A DNA stretch of 27,548 nt from Thermofilaceae archaeon (GTDB taxonomy: Archaea > Thermoproteota > Thermoprotei > Thermofilales > Thermofilaceae): the NCBI GenBank assembly GCA_027017025.1, contig JALURH010000142.1, forward strand, positions 1-27,548. Reading direction: 5' to 3'. Positions 1 through 7,312 of this stretch are shown here, piece by piece. A program made the position numbers and the translations under genes. Within the stretch, counting starts at the first letter, position 1. Each line of letters starts with the position of its first letter. Below the pieces are notes generated by a model. It had not been told where the DNA came from, did not search any database, and saw only the letters and a program-made list of their open reading frames with translations.

Positions 1-1
1 A

Positions 2-169
2 TATATTGCCATAGCTAATGGGAAATTACTCGGAGTATTCTCCTCTCTGGAAGAAGCAGCTAAAGCCGTTGAGGATACGGGAGCGAAGCACGGGATAGTA
101 GATAGGTTGTCGAAAGAAGAGGAGGTTAGCGAGGTTGAGCTAGGTTGGAGTCTTGTAGAATTAGAGTAA
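2..169 (+). CDS. DUF5678-like small protein, 5'-partial (putative antitoxin-like partner of the protease)
   Basis: Not in ORF track. Frame from base 2 reads YIAIANGKLLGVFSSLEEAAKAVEDTGAKHGIVDRLSKEEEVSEVELGWSLVELE then TAA at 167-169. YIAIxxGKxxxxxxSLEEA matches the DUF5678 pattern; overlaps next ORF by 25 nt. Confidence 0.7.
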   Translation, partial: YIAIANGKLLGVFSSLEEAAKAVEDTGAKHGIVDRLSKEEEVSEVELGWSLVELE

Positions 170-600
170 ACGGCTACTTCAGTTGTGAGAAACCTCCAGC
201 ACCGTACGTTACGGTAGAAGTATTAAACCCTACTAGGAGGAGGTCGGCGAGGATAGAGGCTAAAATAGATACCGGTTTTTCCGGCGACATATTACTCTCC
301 TTCACTGAATACACGAAGTTAGGCTTACAGCTCTTTGAGAAGGGGAGGGAAGCAGTTGGGAGAGTTGCCAGCGGTTACCTGATTAAACTTAGAGTCTCTC
401 ACGGATTCTTAAAAATAGGTAACTTAGTGTTTAAATGCAAGATCTACACTTCTCTCCTCTCATCCATGAACCTGCTTGGAAGAGGGATACTTAATAAAGC
501 AAGAGTCCTCTTAGACTCTCCCGAGAATTTCGTAGAGATCTGTTTTAGAGAGGGTTTCGATGGATACTATAGTGCTAGGTGTTTTTCGAGTTCTGGATAA
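145..600 (+). CDS. Clan AA (retropepsin-like) aspartic protease, AF_0612/COG5550-like
   Basis: KIDTGFSG catalytic motif and C-terminal LLGRGIL motif of single-domain retropepsins; TTG start. Confidence 0.85.
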   Translation: MESCRIRVNGYFSCEKPPAPYVTVEVLNPTRRRSARIEAKIDTGFSGDILLSFTEYTKLGLQLFEKGREAVGRVASGYLIKLRVSHGFLKIGNLVFKCKIYTSLLSSMNLLGRGILNKARVLLDSPENFVEICFREGFDGYYSARCFSSSG

Positions 601-1015
601 AATTATAGTTTTTCTACTATATTCGTAGTGGGTTTTGTAGTAACGTTTTAAGGTGAGATTTTATATGAATACTGAGATGATTCCTTGTACTGGCTCATGG
701 CTAAAGGTGGATGAATGAAAAAGAAATACTCGAAAAAATAAGGGAGCTAAGAGAGGGAATACAAGATAAGGATACTGCCATTCAGGGAGGTAGTCGTCAC
801 CGAATACAGTCTTTCAAGGAGTAGCTTAGAGTAGCTCATTCTCGTGTTGTATACTCAACAATTATAAAGAAAAACTCGCTGTATGTTCCTCTGCTTTTCT
901 TGAATGGACTTACCTCTGGTTCATCATCTTCACTAAGCTTGTCCCTACAGCCGTCTAGATAGGGAGGAATAAAATATTTATATCCTCGCTTATTCCCATA
1001 AGGGGGTTTGGGAAA

Positions 1016-1279
1016 ATGGGTGAATTAAAGGTTATATTAGATGAGGAGTTACTGAAATTGTTTAAGGAAAGAGCATATAAGATCTTCGGCTATAAAAAGG
1101 GATCATTAAAGTCCGCAGTCGAATTAGCTATTAAGGATTTCATAGATCGTATAGATTTACTCCAAAGAGAGGATCTAAGCGTTAAGGATATAAGGGGATT
1201 ATTGAAGGATTTGAAAGTCACATCAGTTGAACTTCAACATAAAGCCCTTAAGTTCTGGGCGAGAGAATGTTACTCATAG
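1016..1279 (+). CDS. vapB: VapB-type antitoxin (ribbon-helix-helix-like)
   Basis: 87 aa; N-terminal beta strand plus helices (LKVILDEELLKLFKE...SLKSAVELAIKDF); GGGGGT SD; overlaps PIN gene by 13 nt. Confidence 0.8.
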   Translation: MGELKVILDEELLKLFKERAYKIFGYKKGSLKSAVELAIKDFIDRIDLLQREDLSVKDIRGLLKDLKVTSVELQHKALKFWARECYS

Positions 1280-1671
1280 ACGCTAACATAATCCTTGAAG
1301 TCTTACTGGAGCAGGAGAGATATAAAGAGTGCGAGGGTTTCCTTGAGAAAGTTAGAAGAGGGGAAATAGATGCCTCTATATCTCGCTTTAACTTATACTC
1401 CATCGAATTAATAATGATAAGATATGGTAAGATCAAAGAGCTAAAGCTCTTCCTAACCCTACTTTCAACATTTAGAGGTCTAGCTATCATAACCACATCG
1501 CCTACAGACGATGTCCACATACTGGAAGTCATGAAAAAGTTTAATCTAGACTTCGATGATGCTATTAACTACTATATCGTTAAGAAGTATAAGATGAAGG
1601 GTATCGTGAGTTTTGACAAACATTTTGATAAAACCGATATAAAGAGGATAGAGCCTGTAGATGTATTATAA
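1267..1671 (+). CDS. vapC: PIN-domain ribonuclease toxin
   Basis: LLIDANI start, LDFDDA and IVSFDKHFD acidic motifs; 134 aa; directly after small antitoxin. Confidence 0.93.
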   Translation: MLLIDANIILEVLLEQERYKECEGFLEKVRRGEIDASISRFNLYSIELIMIRYGKIKELKLFLTLLSTFRGLAIITTSPTDDVHILEVMKKFNLDFDDAINYYIVKKYKMKGIVSFDKHFDKTDIKRIEPVDVL

Positions 1672-1992
1672 AGATGTTCTAAAGCTTAGCAAAATATCGA
1701 TACACTAACCCATAGCGCATCATCGTATGCTCTAAGGCAAATTATAGACTTCCTTAATTTCGATTAATCACCATACAGTCTCGTCTGCTGGGCTGTACTC
1801 GCAAATAACATGGATATATTTTATAAAAACACTATAAATTAAGGGCCTTATTTAGATAGAGTTCTGAGCCGGGTATCCACGTCATTAAAGCTACATGCTA
1901 TTTTTCCCTCAGTGATGTCCTATGAACTTAAGCTAACATGTAAAGAGGTGAAACAATTGGCTAAGTTAAATAAACTGCATACGATTTCTAGT

Positions 1993-2089
1993 TAACTTGG
2001 TGCATATGGGATCGTCGCTGAGTAATTTTCGGGGGGAGTTTCTGGCGTTGAGGAAAATTCAGCGACGTTTACACCATAAAAGTAAGTTA
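1993..2089. other. Long imperfect inverted repeat (hairpin) in intergenic DNA
   Basis: TAACTT 1993-1998/AAGTTA 2084-2089; TATGG 2005-2009/CCATA 2074-2078; CGTCGCTG 2013-2020/CAGCGACG 2060-2067; AATTTTC 2024-2030/GAAAATT 2053-2059. Confidence 0.6.
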
Positions 2090-2233
2090 TCCCAAAGATT
2101 TGACAGGTACTTGTCGGCTAGGAGACACGCAACGATTCAGGGAACTCTAGAGACGGTATTAGAGAACTGTATGTAGTCTAATCGTGACTTCAATTATACT
2201 GAACATATCGCTTAAATCTCTATAAATTTTTGC

Positions 2234-2641
2234 TTAATGTACTCTGGGGACTATACCGTCGAAGTGTTTGTCGAAGCTCATGATGTAGTCCACCTTGTAT
2301 GTTTTCATGATCGCTATTGATGTAGCGTCGGTGAAGCTTAGCTTCCCCCCAAGGTACTTGACGAATATTTTCCATGCTTCTTTGAAGATTGCCTTGTCTA
2401 CATGTATTATTTGTAGTTTCCTCGAGGATAGTATGAAGTTTCCTATGTCTATGGCTATTTCAGGTTTTCTCGCTCTCACTAGAGCGACTGTTACGGCCTC
2501 ATCGAATATGTAGTCGGATGTGTACATAGCTCCGTAGTCCCCTTTTATGGCTTCTTTTAGGAGATTTACTGCTCTTTTATGGTTTACGTCTCTCCTATTT
2601 CTTGCCGCTACGAATATTCCTGTGTCTATGAATACTGCCAT
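2234..2641 (-). CDS. vapC: PIN-domain ribonuclease toxin
   Basis: VFIDTGIF, TSDYIFDE, LSFTDATS, MSFDKHFD motifs. Start moved to ATG at 2641 (MAVFID), preceded by GGTGGT SD. Confidence 0.93.
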   Translation of the reverse strand: MAVFIDTGIFVAARNRRDVNHKRAVNLLKEAIKGDYGAMYTSDYIFDEAVTVALVRARKPEIAIDIGNFILSSRKLQIIHVDKAIFKEAWKIFVKYLGGKLSFTDATSIAIMKTYKVDYIMSFDKHFDGIVPRVH

Positions 2642-2912
2642 GGTTACCACCGTATAGGACTTCATCTATTCTTATAGAAGAGTCTTCTACGCCCCAGTCA
2701 AGAGGCTTGTATAGAAGCTTTAACATAGGGTACTCTTCGCCTACTCTATGTTCAAGTTTACTGAGGAGAGCATCTTCCTGCTCTACTCCGAGCTCAATGA
2801 GTTTCTCGAGGATTTCGTAGAGGGGTGCTTTAACTCCACGAAGCCTTAGTCTAGCCTGTAGCTCCTCAAGTCTCTTTTTAGCCTCAATTCTGAGCTTGAT
2901 ACTAGTATACAT
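2595..2912 (-). CDS. vapB: VapB-type antitoxin
   Basis: 105 aa; MYTSIKL beta strand then helices; C-terminal DWGVEDSSIRIDEVLYG typical of archaeal PIN-binding tails; overlaps PIN gene. Confidence 0.8.
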   Translation of the reverse strand: MYTSIKLRIEAKKRLEELQARLRLRGVKAPLYEILEKLIELGVEQEDALLSKLEHRVGEEYPMLKLLYKPLDWGVEDSSIRIDEVLYGGNHGSIHRHRNIRSGKK

Positions 2913-3240
2913 TATGCCACTCAGTAGAAAAGTATACCAAGTAGTATATAAGTTTCGAAGATACTTGAGGTAAGATATTTAAGGACTATAGCTTAAGTGT
3001 CCTGCACACAGGGACTTTGAGGGAATTCTTGAGTTATGTAACAATCGTCGATTTTTTTAACAGTTGTCAATTTTATACTTTAAGGTGTAGCGGTTAAGTC
3101 CTCGTTTTGAGGTATAGTGGAATAGCCGCGGCCAAAGCTGATATTGCTGAGCTGTGGTAGATTCGGTGTGAATTTAGACTTCTTTGTGAACTATGTTGTT
3201 ACGGCTATATGGTCAGGATATTGAGGGGGTTTACTATGTG

Positions 3241-3506
3241 AAGACCGTGGAGGAGTTTAGGCTTAGGAGGAGGGTTTGACGTACAAAGTATCATGCTGGA
3301 GCGTAGAGGCATAGAGGATACTAAAATTATTGAGGTTGTTAAAGCCCATAGCAAGGTAATAGTCGCGATGGATAAGGACTTCGGCTACCTAGCCATCTCC
3401 CCAAAATCCTCTAGGACTAGTCCTACTACGCCTAAGAGATCCTGGAATCCTGAGTAGGCTTGGAGCCACCGATATATTTACAATAAATAATGGCTATAGA
3501 AACTAG
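3241..3506 (+). pseudogene. Frameshifted DUF5615 (PIN-like, VapC45-type) toxin remnant
   Basis: Three frames join to KTVEEFRLRRR / GFDVQSIMLERRGIEDTKIIEVVKAHSKVIVAMDKDFGYLAIS / PLGLVLLRLRDPG; the MDKDFG and GLVLLRL motifs are characteristic. Two frameshifts and no intact N-terminus. Confidence 0.65.
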
Positions 3507-3546
3507 GGAACTATGTTTTTATAATAACTATCATGGGGGTCTAATT

Positions 3547-4170
3547 GTGGCTAATAGGATACTGCTATTAGAGTGTGAGGATGTAAAGATTAGGGAGTGT
3601 CTTGAAATAAAAAGGAAATTCTTAAGGAGCGCTAAGAGAAAAACTGTTCTAATTATACCCTGGTCTACAAGGGATCCTAAGAAGGGGGCTAGGTATAGGA
3701 AGATAATTAGAGAGTACTTTAAGGATCTGGGTATTGGATCTATATTCTTGAATAGAGAAGATGCACTTACACAGATAGAAGAGAAATTTAACTCTGTAGA
3801 TATAATCTATCTTCCGGGTGGAGACCCATTTTTACTGCTTAGGGAAATTAAGGAGAGGGATATTGACAGGCTTATAGAGGATTTTAATGGCCTTATTGTA
3901 GGTAATTCGGCTGGTGCGTTGATTTTATCCAAGTGCTTCTTTAGTTCTAGAGACAGGAAGGAGTCGTTCCATAAAGGACTAGGCTTAGTAAATTTCTGTC
4001 TCGTAGTTCACTACACTAAAGAGAAGGTTAACGACATTTTAGAGTTGAGCTATGGGAGAGAGATCATAGCTTTATCCAACGGTAGCTCAGTTATCGTTAA
4101 GAATAACAAGATAGTAGAAACTTGGGGAAAAGTATTCAAAATAAATAACGGGGATATAACCAGACTATAG
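3547..4170 (+). CDS. Peptidase S51 family (dipeptidase E / cyanophycinase-like, class I GATase-like fold)
   Basis: IYLPGGD, GNSAGA nucleophile elbow and VVHY. GTG at 3547 with GGGGGT SD preferred over ATG at 3490. Confidence 0.85.
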   Translation: MANRILLLECEDVKIRECLEIKRKFLRSAKRKTVLIIPWSTRDPKKGARYRKIIREYFKDLGIGSIFLNREDALTQIEEKFNSVDIIYLPGGDPFLLLREIKERDIDRLIEDFNGLIVGNSAGALILSKCFFSSRDRKESFHKGLGLVNFCLVVHYTKEKVNDILELSYGREIIALSNGSSVIVKNNKIVETWGKVFKINNGDITRL

Positions 4171-4434
4171 AAAATTATAGTGATTACCTTATGCTTGTCA
4201 CTAGTGATTAAATAATTACATTCAAAGACCATCTAGTAACATTATTCAGCTAGACAAAGGTCATATTTAGCACACACCCCATTGGTGGAAGTAAAGCTGC
4301 TAGAGTCACTGATAAAACCAAAAGAGCGTGTATTCTTCTGTTACAATTTCACTAGGTTAACCTTACTCTCGTTCTTTTACAAAGAAACAGATAACGGCTC
4401 TTTATGTTTAACCTTTAAGATCTTTAATTTTTAC

Positions 4435-4548
4435 GGTACCGTTCTCCCGGGCCGTGTCCTCATGTGTTAAATTGTAGCCTTTTGTATCTGGCACGGTTGG
4501 GCTCATTACGGCTATTATCCTCCCGACCACCCTGTGGGAGTGTTGCTC
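4435..4548 (+). repeat. 114-bp dispersed repeat, copy 1
   Basis: Aligns without gaps to 7051-7164, 85/114 identical by manual count. Confidence 0.9.
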
Positions 4549-4574
4549 CATTTCATCTTGATAGTTAACACAAA

Positions 4575-4829
4575 TTAGTAACTATAGACGCTTTCTCTAT
4601 GCCTTACCTTTATTAAAGTTACATGGCAGGATCTAGGATGATACAATACTCTGTACTTACCGACTACGATTTTATAAAGCCCTTTAAGAGGGCCTTTAAG
4701 TGGTTCCCCCGAATATGGGTTCTCTTCTAATAGCTTCAACTTATTCCGTATTCTCCTCCTAATGGATTCATCTAGCTTCCTCAGGTCACGTTTAAAGGAT
4801 CCTTTAAGGTCGATCCGGCATTTGGCCAT
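4575..4829 (-). CDS. relE: RelE/ParE family toxin
   Basis: FKRDLRKLD...LEENPYSGEPLKGPLKGLYKIVVGKYRVLY...VRHRESVY; ATG at 4829 with GTGAGG SD. Confidence 0.92.
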   Translation of the reverse strand: MAKCRIDLKGSFKRDLRKLDESIRRRIRNKLKLLEENPYSGEPLKGPLKGLYKIVVGKYRVLYHPRSCHVTLIKVRHRESVYSY

Positions 4830-5556
4830 GTGCCTCACTCTTTAGGAATTCTGTTACAGCTCTATACTCTTCATCAGGGATTAAGAAGATTAGCGTATCC
4901 AAATAGTCCTCAACTTCCTTTGCATAATGAGAACACCGTTCAACTAAGATATCGAGTGTATCCTTACGATAGGGCGCGCCACTTAGTAATGCTACGTCAA
5001 CACTCATCATGACGTAGAATAGGGAGTAAAGGGATTTAACGAAATCATCACTGATTCCACTTGCCCTCTTTATAATCCTCTCAACGAAGCCCTGCAATCC
5101 AAGCTCTATTATCATATCTATTAACCATAAATCGTAATCTATTGCCGCTGCATGAGCCATAATTATGGGTTCAGAACTAACTCTTTTCTCGCGAGCAGCT
5201 TTTTTAAGAAGGAGCTTTATTTCTTTAAAGAGTTCCTTTTCCAACTCCCTTAATTTTACCAATATTGAAGTATCCTTCTCCTCCTCAACCTTCATAAATA
5301 TGCCATTAGAGAGAGGTAGCATAGCAGATACGAGATTGAACATAAAGAGGGGCAATGTGCTTGTGAAGTATTTTTCTAGTTCTTGAGGATTTTTCAGTAA
5401 GAGTGGTTTGCAGAAGCGCTTCTCTATAATATTCAATTTACTTATCGCGAGGTCCAAGTTGGGTAGGAGCTCTTTTAGTCTTTCAGTTAGCTCCTCTAAC
5501 TTCTCCCCAAGAGCGATGCTTGGAGATGTATTAACTAAAGTAACAACGGTGCTCAT
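4804..5556 (-). CDS. Uncharacterised 250-aa all-helical protein in the antitoxin position of relE
   Basis: Long ORF with amphipathic helical composition; overlaps relE start by 26 nt; acidic C-terminal helix EVEDYLDTLIFLIPDEEY. Confidence 0.8.
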   Translation of the reverse strand: MSTVVTLVNTSPSIALGEKLEELTERLKELLPNLDLAISKLNIIEKRFCKPLLLKNPQELEKYFTSTLPLFMFNLVSAMLPLSNGIFMKVEEEKDTSILVKLRELEKELFKEIKLLLKKAAREKRVSSEPIIMAHAAAIDYDLWLIDMIIELGLQGFVERIIKRASGISDDFVKSLYSLFYVMMSVDVALLSGAPYRKDTLDILVERCSHYAKEVEDYLDTLIFLIPDEEYRAVTEFLKSEAHGQMPDRP

Positions 5557-5903
5557 GCTAATCTTCTATTTACTTCAGAACGTCACATCCTTATTTAAGG
5601 CTTATTCCTTGAATCTACTGTTTTCTCGAATCTACTTATACATTGGGAAAACAAGTTTCTCATATCCCTTCTTGTAGATAACGAAGGTAATGATCCCTAC
5701 TCAATCTAAGGGAAAATAAGCCGCTATCTGCAGTTACAAAACCTTTCCTGGTAAAACGAATTAATGATGGGATCCCGGGGGAGAATACGCTGCTTATAGT
5801 AAATACATTTTAGGGTAAGAGATCTGGAGTAAAAGTTGAATACTTCTCATTTAAGAGCTAGAACCTTCCTCTACGAGATTTAAGAGTAACTCAGGCATCA
5901 TGA

Positions 5904-6302
5904 CTATATCCATATGCACCTGATTTTTCTTATATGGCTGAAGTGGGGGTCGTCGGAGAGGACGCTGGCTTTCTCCTTTAGGGCTATTGCTGCGATTATA
6001 CAATCACCCATAGGGATGTTTCTATATCTACACTTCAGAAGGCCAGCCTGTTCAGCTATCTCAGGATCTAAATTATGTATCCTTAGTCCACTTCTTATAA
6101 GCGAGAGGTAACGGAGTTTCGCCTCCTCTACTCCTCTTCTTTCACATGTGATTCGAACTATTTCACCTATAACTATTGTTGGGAGTATTCCCTCACCACG
6201 TTCTATGAGCTCCCTTAGCTTAGAAGCTGTTTTACGCTTTATTTCAGCGCTCTTTGAGTAGAAATGCTCTACTAGAAACCTGGTATCAACTACTACACGC
6301 AT
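5904..6302 (-). CDS. vapC: PIN-domain ribonuclease toxin
   Basis: VVVDTRF, PTIVIGEI, IPMGDCIIAA, LSDDPHF motifs; 132 aa. Confidence 0.93.
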   Translation of the reverse strand: MRVVVDTRFLVEHFYSKSAEIKRKTASKLRELIERGEGILPTIVIGEIVRITCERRGVEEAKLRYLSLIRSGLRIHNLDPEIAEQAGLLKCRYRNIPMGDCIIAAIALKEKASVLSDDPHFSHIRKIRCIWI

Positions 6303-6304
6303 CT

Positions 6305-6544
6305 CTAGTACTCCTCCCTAAGACCCTCTATCTCACGCTTAACTTCCTCTACGTCCCCGAACTCAGAGTCTACCCCAGCTAACTCCTCAATCCTGGGAAT
6401 CACCCTGAAGAGGACACCGTCCTTGGTAGCTTCAACCAACAGCTCATCCCCCTCCTTTATCCCCAGCTTCTTCCTTACTTCAAGGGGTATAGTGGTTTGC
6501 CCCCTTCTCGTAACCTTAACTATGATAGCCACGCCGTGCCCCAT
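6305..6544 (-). CDS. vapB: AbrB/MazE/SpoVT family antitoxin
   Basis: VKVTRRGQTTIPLEVRKKLGIKEGDEL signature; 2-nt gap to PIN gene. Start could be the GTG four codons downstream. Confidence 0.92.
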   Translation of the reverse strand: MGHGVAIIVKVTRRGQTTIPLEVRKKLGIKEGDELLVEATKDGVLFRVIPRIEELAGVDSEFGDVEEVKREIEGLREEY

Positions 6545-6779
6545 TTTAACGGCTAAGTCCTACCATATAAACATAATCCTATTTCATGATTTAAGTAGGA
6601 TAAATCTCGTAATAAAGGGAACAACTAGAGCTGAGAACATTTCCCAGTCGAGCCAATTGGGAAAAACCATATCACTAGACTCTTAAGGCTACCTAATAAG
6701 TAATTTAGTTAGACATAGTTTTCAATCCATCTTCTATTATTACTGTTTGTTAATAGAGGTTATTACAAATATTTATTAA

Positions 6780-7057
6780 TTAACAGGATACTGTGCTAAC
6801 CTTTCCATCCTCATGCACTAGAATAAACAGCATATCTAAGCATTTACCTACATACCTCTTACCTCTTCTACTAGTTTCTCGTAGATAGCTTTTCTAGGCA
6901 GACCAATTGCTACTATGGAGTAAGGCTCTACATGCTTTTCCCTTATGATGGTTAGTAGCGCATCCGCAAACCAGTGTCTAGCCTGTAACTTTGGCGATGC
7001 TCGTTTCCCTCCCTTACTTCTCCTTGGACCTATGACATACTTATCAGAAAGATACCG
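6780..7057 (-). pseudogene. 5'-truncated, frameshifted remnant of a putative nuclease-like protein
   Basis: Not in ORF track. Reads RYLSDKYVIGPRRSKGGKRASPKLQARHWFADALLTIIREKHVEPYSIVAIGLPRKAIYEKLVEEV, then a frameshift near 6860 to YVGKCLDMLFILVHEDGKVSTVSC and TAA. Resembles, from memory, small EVKG...QARHWF...LVxEDGxV proteins of presumed PD-(D/E)XK type. Confidence 0.6.
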
Positions 7058-7164
7058 TTCTCCCTAACTGTGTTTTCATGTGTTTGATTGTAGTGGTTTA
7101 TGTTTGGTATGGTTGGGTTTATTATGGCTCTTTCTTCCCCAACCACCCTGTGGGAGCTTTGCTC
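7051..7164 (+). repeat. 114-bp dispersed repeat, copy 2
   Basis: Ungapped match to 4435-4548; abuts the truncated end of the 6780-7057 pseudogene. Confidence 0.9.
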
Positions 7165-7312
7165 TCCTCGGGTAATTGGGTTCATCTAGGGATTTATTAG
7201 CCTCTTATTTAGCTTCAAAGCCCAGATAAAATACATACAAGAACATCTATAAGCCTAAACAACATAAAAAGACACAATCTAATACAAAAAACCATAATTC
7301 AATGTTTTCAGC

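Noticed and set aside
711-834. Short ORF MNEKEILEKIRELRE with a possible frameshift to YKIRILPFREVV
   Set aside because: Looks like a gene remnant but no family motif can be supported; only 37 aa.
2595-2641. 47-nt overlap giving the antitoxin a basic tail (NHGSIHRHRNIRSGKK)
   Set aside because: Simple read-through into vapC in another frame; common in compact TA operons.
2995-3017. 9-bp bulged hairpin AAGTGTCCTG-CACA-CAGGGACTT
   Set aside because: Single small hairpin with no context; expected by chance.
3120-3175. GC-rich stretch (GCCGCGGC...GCTGTGG, ATTCGGTGTGAAT) that might be a tRNA fragment or att site
   Set aside because: No cloverleaf, T-loop consensus or second copy found.
4282-4470. 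62-aa ORF running into repeat copy 1 (GTVLPGRVLMC, then WHGWAHYG...HPVG after a stop)
   Set aside because: In-frame stop, and substitutions versus copy 2 are even across codon positions, so there is no sign of coding selection; an ancient gene origin is not excluded.
5600-5900. Intergenic gap with protein-like fragments (KPFLVKRINDGIPGENTLL)
   Set aside because: Stops in all frames and no recognisable motif.
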